7,257 bases of DNA. Origin: a virus. Taxonomy: Duplodnaviria > Heunggongvirae > Uroviricota > Caudoviricetes. The stretch lies in the IMG/VR virus record IMGVR_UViG_2609459831_000014. One strand, given 5' to 3'. Both the position numbers and the translations under genes were made by a program. The notes below the pieces were generated by a model. The model was not told the origin of the DNA. It ran no database searches and saw only the letters and a list, made by a program, of their open reading frames with translations. Shown here piece after piece: positions 1-5,368 of this stretch (within the stretch, counting starts at the first letter, position 1; each line of letters opens with the position of its first letter).

Positions 1-7
1 AAGAAAT

Positions 8-40
8 AGGGCTTCCACCTGGGAAGCCCTTTCTTTTTAT
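8..40. terminator. GC-rich hairpin (stem 8-16 / 22-30, loop ACCTG) followed by TTCTTTTTAT on the + strand; intrinsic-terminator-like, possibly bidirectional
   Basis: Seen directly: AGGGCTTCC / GGAAGCCCT perfect 9-bp inverted repeat, T-run at 31-40 on +, A-rich tract before it. Would terminate a + strand gene ending left of the window and may also serve pspG on the minus strand. Confidence 0.5.
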
Positions 41-165
41 AGTTCGGCTGTATGTAGGGTACAGCACGATGAATCTGTTAGAGGCGCAATAGTGACAGAT
101 TTGATTATCAATTCCTATTTTGTTCTAAGGATAAAACCTTAGGTTGTGATCATCCGCACAATCCC

Positions 166-408
166 TTAGTAACGCCAGCGGTCATAACGCTGATATTTCG
201 GCACTTTTGGTGCTTTAATCGCCTTAATAACCCACACCACCGCAATCGCCAGTAGTAACCACGGCAGCAACTTAATCATCAATGCCAGCATACCGCCGAG
301 GAACATAATGGCCGTCGCCACAACCAGCGCGGCGATAATGCCCAGCAACGAAACGCCGGTGACCATCAGCATGACAAAAAAGCCAATCACAAAAAGTAGT
401 TCCAGCAT
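166..408 (-). CDS. pspG: Phage shock protein G (80 aa small inner-membrane protein)
   Basis: Product MLELLFVIGFFVMLMVTGVSLLGIIAALVVATAIMFLGGMLALMIKLLPWLLLAIAVVWVIKAIKAPKVPKYQRYDRWRY is strongly hydrophobic and matches PspG as I recall it. ATG at 406-408 is preceded by GGGAG at Shine-Dalgarno distance. It lies immediately downstream of dusA, the conserved E. coli arrangement. The 150-aa track ORF 166..618 is an over-extension running through the promoter into dusA. Confidence 0.85.
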   Translation of the reverse strand: MLELLFVIGFFVMLMVTGVSLLGIIAALVVATAIMFLGGMLALMIKLLPWLLLAIAVVWVIKAIKAPKVPKYQRYDRWRY

Positions 409-443
409 GATGCACTCCCAAATATGAAATCTCTTGCTGGCAT

Positions 444-459
444 TACAAGAATCATGCCA
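444..459 (-). promoter_or_regulatory. Candidate sigma54 (-24/-12) promoter for pspG
   Basis: Minus strand reads TGGCAT-GATTC-TTGTA, against the sigma54 consensus TGGCAC-N5-TTGCA (GG at -24, GT in place of GC at -12). It sits ~35-50 nt upstream of the pspG ATG. pspG is a known sigma54/PspF-dependent gene (established knowledge). Confidence 0.5.
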
Positions 460-463
460 AAAA

Positions 464-476
464 TAATCTATTGATT
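464..476 (-). promoter_or_regulatory. IHF-consensus-like site upstream of the candidate sigma54 promoter
   Basis: Minus strand AATCAATAGATTA fits WATCAANNNNTTR. IHF-assisted looping is typical of sigma54 promoters. Sequence match only. Confidence 0.35.
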
Positions 477-488
477 TAACAGCAAAAC

Positions 489-510
489 GCCCCGCGACGG
501 TGCGCAGGGC
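489..510 (-). terminator. Possible intrinsic terminator after dusA
   Basis: On the minus strand GCCCTGCG / CGCGGGGC form an imperfect 8-bp stem (one mismatch) with a 6-nt loop, followed by GTTTTGCT. It lies 30-50 nt past the dusA stop, before the pspG promoter. Confidence 0.35.
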
Positions 511-541
511 GTGGTGAATTTGACTATTTTTTGGTGAAAAG

Positions 542-1579
542 TTAACGCTTATCCGCCACCAGTTTGAGCGCGTGTTCCAGCACATTAATGTCTGCACCCG
601 CTTTATGGGCATTTTCACTTAAATAACGCCGCCACTGCCGCGCGCCAGGAATACCCTGGAACAAGCCCAACATATGCCGGGTAATATGACCGAGATACGT
701 CCCCTGGCTGAGTTCACGCTCAATGTACGGATACATGGCGCGCACTACCGCCACCGGATCGGCATCGATATCCGAGGAACCAAAGATCTCCCGGTCTACC
801 GCCGCCAGAATACCCGGATTCTGATACGCCTCGCGCCCGACCATCACGCCATCCATATGTTGCAGGTGTGCTTTGGCCTCTTCCAGCGACTTGATACCAC
901 CGTTAATCGACATTGTCAGATGCGGAAAGTCACGCTTCAGTTGATACACACGCGGATAATCGAGCGGCGGGATCTCACGGTTTTCTTTCGGACTTAACCC
1001 CGAAAGCCAGGCTTTACGTGCATGGATGATGAACATCTCACACTCGCCTTTGCCGGAAACGGTGTTGATGAAATCGCAGAGAAATTCATAGCTGTCCTGG
1101 TCGTCGATGCCAATACGCGTTTTCACCGTCACCGGAATCGACACCACATCGCGCATCGCTTTCACGCAGTCGGCAACCAGCTGCGCATTACCCATCAGAC
1201 ACGCACCAAACATGCCGTTCTGCACCCGGTCAGACGGGCAGCCGACATTCAGGTTGATCTCATCATATCCACGCGCTTCTGCCAGCTTCGCACACTGCGC
1301 CAGCGCCGCCGGATCGCTACCGCCGAGTTGCAACGCTACCGGATGTTCTTCTTCACTATACGCCAGGTAATCACCTTTACCGTGAATAATCGCCCCTGTA
1401 GTTACCATTTCAGTATACAGCAACGTATTGCGGGAAAGCAGACGCAAGAAATAGCGGCAATGTCTGTCCGTCCAGTCGAGCATAGGAGCAATGCTAAACC
1501 GAGAATTCCAGTAAACACCAGTTTTTTCAGGCATCACGCTGGTTTGATTAATTTTTTGTGTTTCATGATTATCGTGCAT
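542..1579 (-). CDS. dusA: tRNA-dihydrouridine synthase A (Dus family flavin oxidoreductase), 345 aa
   Basis: Full-length ORF with Dus-family hallmarks ([32 protein letters not shown]). ATG at 1577-1579, stop TAA 542-544. Alternative internal start at 1532-1534 (MPEKTG...) would give 330 aa. No clear SD before either start. pspG synteny supports the call. Confidence 0.9.
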   Translation of the reverse strand: MHDNHETQKINQTSVMPEKTGVYWNSRFSIAPMLDWTDRHCRYFLRLLSRNTLLYTEMVTTGAIIHGKGDYLAYSEEEHPVALQLGGSDPAALAQCAKLAEARGYDEINLNVGCPSDRVQNGMFGACLMGNAQLVADCVKAMRDVVSIPVTVKTRIGIDDQDSYEFLCDFINTVSGKGECEMFIIHARKAWLSGLSPKENREIPPLDYPRVYQLKRDFPHLTMSINGGIKSLEEAKAHLQHMDGVMVGREAYQNPGILAAVDREIFGSSDIDADPVAVVRAMYPYIERELSQGTYLGHITRHMLGLFQGIPGARQWRRYLSENAHKAGADINVLEHALKLVADKR

Positions 1580-1612
1580 TTTTGAACATTTCAGGCTATT
1601 TTTCTCGCGTTA

Positions 1613-1648
1613 GGTTCCCGCACAGGTTCCCACGTTTTATGGGAACCC
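1613..1648. repeat. GGTTCCC repeat cluster in the dusA-int divergent intergenic region: direct copies at 1613-1619 and 1626-1632, and a perfect 8-bp inverted repeat GGTTCCCA(1626-1633)-N7-TGGGAACC(1641-1648)
   Basis: Seen directly. It lies 20-55 nt upstream of the int start and 34-70 nt upstream of the dusA start, so it could be an operator, recombinase-binding sites or att-associated sequence. Confidence 0.5.
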
Positions 1649-1667
1649 GAAATAACGAGGTCGTGTA

Positions 1668-2765
1668 ATGGCGTACTATAACATAGAGAAACGACTAAAA
1701 TCCGATGGCACACCACGCTATCGCTGTAATGTGATTATCAAAGAAAAAGGTGTTATCACTTACAGGGAAAGCAAAACATTCCCTAAACATGCTCATGCCA
1801 AAACATGGGGCACACAGAAAGTGATGGAATTAGATCTATATGGCATTCCATCATCAAATGCAGTTGACGGACTTACAGTCCGTGACTTACTACACAAATA
1901 TTTAAATGACCCAAATGCCGGAGGTAAAGCAGGCCGTACTAAAAGATATGTGCTGGAACTGCTTATGGATAGTGACATCTCCGCGATCAAACTATCTGAA
2001 CTGACAGAAAATGACGTAATTGAACATTGCAGGCTAAGAAACAACGCTGGTGCAGGTCCAGCTACAGTTAGCCACGATGTTAGTTATCTTGGCAGTGTTC
2101 TGGATGCTGCCAAACCTGTATATGGAATTAATTACACATCAAACCCAGCAAAAGCCGCTCGTCCATATCTACTTAAACTTGGTTTAATTGGTAAATCAAA
2201 TCGTCGTAATCGTAGACCGGCATCTGATGAACTGGACATGCTCATTGAAGGTCTTCAACAACGATCTACACATAAATGCTCAAAAATTCCGTTCGTTGAT
2301 ATCCTCAAATTTTCTGTGTGGTCATGTATGCGAATCGGTGAAGTATGCCGATTACGATGGGAGGATCTCGATCAGGAACAAAAATCCATACTCGTAAGAG
2401 ACAGGAAAGATCCACGTAAAAAGGAAGGCAACCATATGAAAGTAGCCTTGCTTGGGGAAGCCTGGGATATCGTCCAACGACAACCCAAAAAATCAGAATT
2501 CATTTTTCCATATAACAGCACTTCTGTTACTGCGGGATTCCAGAGGGTAAGAAGCAAATTAGGTATTAAAGATCTGCGATACCATGATTTGCGTAGAGAA
2601 GGGGCAAGTCGCTTATTTGAGGCTGGTTTTAGTATTGAGGAAGTCGCCCAGGTTACAGGGCATCGTTCATTAAACGTGCTATGGCAGGTATATACCGAAC
2701 TGTATCCGAAATCTTTACATAATCGTTTTGAAGAGCTCCAAAGGAGCAGAAATAAGACCTCTTGA
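1668..2765 (+). CDS. int: Tyrosine site-specific integrase, 365 aa, candidate dusA-targeting family
   Basis: ATG 1668 preceded by GAGG (1657-1660). C-terminal catalytic region has the tyrosine-recombinase signature (RYHDLRREGASR with H-x-x-R, then GHRSLNVLWQVYTELY with candidate catalytic Tyr). Divergent from and adjacent to the dusA 5' end. By eye more AT-rich than the dusA/pspG flank. Confidence 0.9.
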   Translation: MAYYNIEKRLKSDGTPRYRCNVIIKEKGVITYRESKTFPKHAHAKTWGTQKVMELDLYGIPSSNAVDGLTVRDLLHKYLNDPNAGGKAGRTKRYVLELLMDSDISAIKLSELTENDVIEHCRLRNNAGAGPATVSHDVSYLGSVLDAAKPVYGINYTSNPAKAARPYLLKLGLIGKSNRRNRRPASDELDMLIEGLQQRSTHKCSKIPFVDILKFSVWSCMRIGEVCRLRWEDLDQEQKSILVRDRKDPRKKEGNHMKVALLGEAWDIVQRQPKKSEFIFPYNSTSVTAGFQRVRSKLGIKDLRYHDLRREGASRLFEAGFSIEEVAQVTGHRSLNVLWQVYTELYPKSLHNRFEELQRSRNKTS

Positions 2766-2767
2766 CA

Positions 2768-2783
2768 CTGTTTATCCATACAG
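2768..2783. promoter_or_regulatory. LexA box 1 (SOS operator), CTGT-N8-ACAG
   Basis: CTGTTTATCCATACAG matches the LexA core CTGT-N8-ACAG. It directly follows a perfect -35 hexamer TTGACA (2762-2767) that overlaps the int stop codon. A -10-like TAAAAA(T) lies at 2785-2791. Confidence 0.65.
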
Positions 2784-2795
2784 TTAAAAATAATG

Positions 2796-2811
2796 CTGTA
2801 TACAAACACAG
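2796..2811. promoter_or_regulatory. LexA box 2 (SOS operator), CTGT-N8-ACAG
   Basis: With flanks TGCTGTATACAAACACAGTA, a close match to the 20-bp consensus TACTGTATATATATACAGTA. Positioned over the predicted transcription start, 16 nt upstream of the dinI-like ATG. Confidence 0.75.
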
Positions 2812-2826
2812 TATAGAGGGACTTTT

Positions 2827-3075
2827 ATGCGTATTGAAATCTGCATAGCCAAAGAAAAAATGACTAAAATGCCAACCGGTGCTGTGGATGCGTTAAAGGA
2901 AGAATTAACCCGACGCATCAGTAAACGTTATGACGATGTAGAGGTGATCGTAAAAGCCACCAGCAACGATGGCCTTTCTGTTACACGCACCGCAGATAAG
3001 GATTCTGCAAAAACTTTTGTTCAGGAGACTCTGAAAGATACCTGGGAATCTGCTGACGAGTGGTTTGTTCACTAA
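2827..3075 (+). CDS. dinI: DinI-family damage-inducible protein (RecA modulator), 82 aa
   Basis: MRIE..IAK...P.GA.DAL..EL.RRI...LSV.....[16 protein letters not shown] follows the DinI pattern including the C-terminal TWESAD-WFV motif. SD AGAGGG 2815-2820. Two LexA boxes immediately upstream. Confidence 0.85.
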   Translation: MRIEICIAKEKMTKMPTGAVDALKEELTRRISKRYDDVEVIVKATSNDGLSVTRTADKDSAKTFVQETLKDTWESADEWFVH

Positions 3076-3141
3076 TTAACACGTAAAATCGGTAACGGCT
3101 GGAAATCATTCAATACTCGCACTATCGAAAGTTCGCCAGCC

Positions 3142-3179
3142 AGCCGCAGCACGTTCTTGCATACGACGTGGCTGCGGCT
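3142..3179. terminator. Interrupted 12-bp hairpin between convergent dinI-like and invertase genes; possible bidirectional terminator
   Basis: AGCCGCAGC(3142-3150)/GCTGCGGCT(3171-3179) plus ACG/CGT with a one-base bulge and 13-nt loop. No convincing U-tract on either strand, hence low confidence. Confidence 0.3.
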
Positions 3180-3218
3180 TCCAACATTAGACAAATAACT
3201 CTTTAAATTGCTTTTAAA

Positions 3219-3782
3219 TTATTTCGTTTGAATGCCAGTAACAGGAAATCGTTTATATAGGGTTGATAGCCCAACGTTATAGATACGTGCAACATAACGC
3301 CGTGATTTCCCTGCCGCTATGAGCGCTCCCATCTGTTGCCACTGCTCGTCGCTAAACTTCGGTCTACGCCCACCAATCCGGCCTTTGGATCTGGCAATAG
3401 CCAAACCAGCTAAAGTTCGCTCGCTATTCAAATCAGATTCATACTGCGCAGCAGAAAGAATATTACGGAAATTATAGCGACCACTTGCTGTTTTCAGGTC
3501 TACGCCATCTGTAATACTCCGAAAATTAACACCTTTTTCGTGCAGATTTTGAAACATCAATAGCGCATGCAGCACATTTCTCCCTATCCGATCTAACTTC
3601 CAGACAATCAACTCATCTCCACTTTTCATCACCGTAATTAATTCCTTTAACACAGGGCGATTAGCTGTTCTGCCACTGGCATATTCTTCATAAATTCGCT
3701 CACAGCCAGCTGACTCAAGTGCAAGACGTTGCAACTCTGTATCCTGATGATTTGTTGATACACGAACATACCCGTAAATCAT
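3219..3782 (-). CDS. pin: Serine recombinase / DNA invertase of the Pin-Gin-Hin-Cin family, 187 aa
   Basis: N-terminus MIYGYVRVSTNHQ carries the catalytic Ser in the YVRVST motif; VWKLDRIGR and a C-terminal helix-turn-helix region (GRIGGRRPK ... STLYKR) are present. Length is typical for this family. Adjacent to an invertible tail-fibre segment. Confidence 0.9.
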   Translation of the reverse strand: MIYGYVRVSTNHQDTELQRLALESAGCERIYEEYASGRTANRPVLKELITVMKSGDELIVWKLDRIGRNVLHALLMFQNLHEKGVNFRSITDGVDLKTASGRYNFRNILSAAQYESDLNSERTLAGLAIARSKGRIGGRRPKFSDEQWQQMGALIAAGKSRRYVARIYNVGLSTLYKRFPVTGIQTK

Positions 3783-3787
3783 GAGTG

Positions 3788-3814
3788 CTTCTCCTGTTGT
3801 AAAAACAGGAGAAG
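3788..3814 (-). promoter_or_regulatory. Perfect 11-bp stem-loop sequestering the invertase Shine-Dalgarno
   Basis: CTTCTCCTGTT(3788-3798) and AACAGGAGAAG(3804-3814) with a 5-nt loop. On the minus-strand mRNA the 3' arm AACAGGAGAAG holds the SD AGGAG, 8 nt before the pin AUG. No U-tract follows, so it is not a terminator. Confidence 0.5.
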
Positions 3815-3850
3815 AGGCGAAATATCACCTGATTCAGAAAAATATTTGAA
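3815..3850 (-). promoter_or_regulatory. Candidate sigma70 promoter for pin
   Basis: Minus strand TTCAAA (fwd 3845-3850) - 17 nt - GATATT (fwd 3821-3826). The -35 overlaps the outer half of the left crossover site. Weak match. Confidence 0.25.
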
Positions 3851-3867
3851 AGGTTGGTTTGGGAGAA
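3842..3867. other. Invertase crossover site, left (gix/hix-like 12+2+12)
   Basis: ATATTTGAAAGG-TT-GGTTTGGGAGAA. The inner half GGTTTGGGAGA is identical, in inverted orientation, to the inner half of the site at 5930-5955. AAACC/GGTTT arms flanking a central dinucleotide resemble Gin/Hin-type sites. Confidence 0.5.
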
Positions 3868-4356
3868 GACTCTGCATTACCTGTTGGGGTGCCTGTTCCG
3901 TGGCCTTCAGCCACTCCGCCTACAGGCTGGCTGAAATGCAATGGTGCAGCTTTTTCTGCTGAAGAATACCCGGAACTGGTAAAGGCTTATCCGACAAATA
4001 AATTGCCTGATTTACGTGGTGAGTTTATTCGTGGCTGGGATGATGGGCGTGGTATTGATGCTGGACGTGCCTTGCTAAGTCTTCAGAATGGAGGAGTGGA
4101 ATCACACACCCACCAGGGACAGCTCTTCAGAGTCAGTGATTATCGTACAAAAGAAATACCAGCATCAGAAGTTATGGGAAGAGGATATATTGCAAGCCTG
4201 ACGCCGGGTGCTGATAGCCCACTTGATTTTGATGATTATTCTGTATCCTCTAATCCAAATGGATATTTTGTCGGGAATCAGAGAACAACAGCATATGGGG
4301 TAAATGAAACCCGCCCACGGAATATTGCATTTAACTATATCGTGAGGGCTGCATAA
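3850..4356 (+). CDS. Silent alternative tail-fibre C-terminal cassette (Sv'-like), promoterless with no own start codon; ~168 codons
   Basis: Frame opens right after TGA at 3847-3849. The track start at 3859 is TTG, an in-frame Leu within K-V-G-L-G-E-D. Product (PVGVPVPWPSATPPTGWLKCNGAAFSAEEYPEL...GEFIRGWDDGRG) is a typical variable tail-fibre C-terminal domain. Stop TAA 4354-4356 overlaps the next ATG (TAATG). Confidence 0.75.
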   Translation, partial: KVGLGEDSALPVGVPVPWPSATPPTGWLKCNGAAFSAEEYPELVKAYPTNKLPDLRGEFIRGWDDGRGIDAGRALLSLQNGGVESHTHQGQLFRVSDYRTKEIPASEVMGRGYIASLTPGADSPLDFDDYSVSSNPNGYFVGNQRTTAYGVNETRPRNIAFNYIVRAA

Positions 4357-4958
4357 TGGATAACGCTGTATTAAATAGCGAGCTTATTGCCACGAAGGCG
4401 GGAAATATTCCTGTCTATAACTATGATGGTGAAACACGGGAATATATTTCCACTTCAAATGAATATCTTTCCGTTGGTGTCGGCATTCCGGCATGTTCCT
4501 GTTTAGATGCCCCTGGCACACATAAGGCTGGTTATGCAATCTGCCGTTCTACAGATTTTAACTCATGGGAATATGTGCCAGATCATCGCGGTGAAATCGT
4601 CTATAACACCGAAACGGGAGATGCCAAAGAAATCACAGCTCCGGGTGATTACCCTGAAAATACAACCACTATCGCACCGTTAACGCCATACGATAAATGG
4701 GATGGTGAGAAATGGGTGACAGATACTGAGGCACAACACGGTGCCGCAGTAGAAGTGGCAGAAGCACAACGCCAGTCACTGATTGATGCAGCAATGGCTT
4801 CCATTAGTCTGATTCAGCTGAAATTGCAGGCCGGGCGGAAGCTGATGCAGGCAGAAACCACCCGACTTAACATTGTGCTGGATTACATTGACGCGGTGAC
4901 GGCAACAGATACCAGCACCGCGCCGGATGTCATCTGGCCTGAACTGCCGGAGGCGTAG
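4356..4958 (+). CDS. Tail fibre assembly protein (Tfa/U'-like chaperone), 200 aa, silent orientation
   Basis: ATG 4356 with SD GAGGG (4344-4348), translationally coupled to the upstream cassette. C-terminus ...DTSTAPDVIWPELPEA carries the conserved Tfa terminal motif. Confidence 0.8.
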   Translation: MDNAVLNSELIATKAGNIPVYNYDGETREYISTSNEYLSVGVGIPACSCLDAPGTHKAGYAICRSTDFNSWEYVPDHRGEIVYNTETGDAKEITAPGDYPENTTTIAPLTPYDKWDGEKWVTDTEAQHGAAVEVAEAQRQSLIDAAMASISLIQLKLQAGRKLMQAETTRLNIVLDYIDAVTATDTSTAPDVIWPELPEA

Positions 4959-5367
4959 GCCATTCAATATCTGGCACACTGGAGGTATCAACCAGCTCCA
5001 GTGCGTCCAGATAATCCAGCCACGAATTATATTGCGCCAGTTCCTCGCCTTTCAGACGACCAATAGCGGCTTTACCGGGCCATTGTTTACTGTTCATGTA
5101 TTCGTTGGCCTGATTAATTAATAGCTGTCTTTTTGACTCAGAAATTTCAATAAGTTCTTCATGCGTGGGTGAAGGAATATCTGCCCACGCAGGCATTCCG
5201 TCTGCACCTGCAATACGTCGCTTACCCTGCGGAGGTGTCGCCATAAACGACTCGGCACGTCGGGTTTCAATATCTTTTGCATCATCAGGCCATGTGCCGG
5301 AATCGCGGTATACGGCCTCATTACCAGCCAGATAAAACGCATTTTTTTTAGCACTGTATTTGTACAT
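4930..5367 (-). CDS. Tail fibre assembly protein (Tfa/U-like chaperone), 145 aa, expressed orientation
   Basis: ATG 5365-5367 lies 1 nt after the tail-fibre stop, with a GGGA-type SD inside the fibre 3' end. C-terminus ...DTSSVPDIEWPTPPAVQAR carries the Tfa motif. Its 3' end overlaps the convergent tfa' by 29 nt. Confidence 0.8.
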   Translation of the reverse strand: MYKYSAKKNAFYLAGNEAVYRDSGTWPDDAKDIETRRAESFMATPPQGKRRIAGADGMPAWADIPSPTHEELIEISESKRQLLINQANEYMNSKQWPGKAAIGRLKGEELAQYNSWLDYLDALELVDTSSVPDIEWPTPPAVQAR

Positions 5368-5368
5368 A

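Noticed and set aside
166-618. 150-aa track ORF extending pspG upstream
   Set aside because: The first 70 codons run through the promoter region and the 3' end of dusA. The internal ATG at 406-408 has a good SD and gives the expected 80-aa PspG.
674-1585. Plus-strand ORFs 674..997, 1022..1585 and 1107..1370
   Set aside because: They lie entirely antisense to or nested within dusA, have no ribosome-binding sites and give Arg/His-rich low-complexity products typical of shadow ORFs.
1480-1667. Exact att core and its direct-repeat partner
   Set aside because: The junction is expected here, but the core could not be pinned by eye and the partner copy would lie at the far end of the element outside the window, so no coordinates are claimed.
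1793-2809. ORFs 1793..2044 (-), 2188..2397 (+) and 2372..2809 (-) inside or antisense to the integrase gene
   Set aside because: Antisense or alternative-frame shadows within a well-supported integrase ORF, with no start context and no recognisable features.
3076-3218. Possible small gene or sRNA in the dinI-pin convergent gap
   Set aside because: No ATG-initiated ORF of meaningful length and no promoter-plus-terminator pair. The only structure is the interrupted hairpin already listed.
3859-4356. Treating 3859..4356 as an independent gene starting at the track start
   Set aside because: The start codon is TTG and is an in-frame Leu inside the shared G-L-G junction. The frame opens right after a TGA and has no promoter or SD, so it is a silent cassette expressed only by fusion after inversion.
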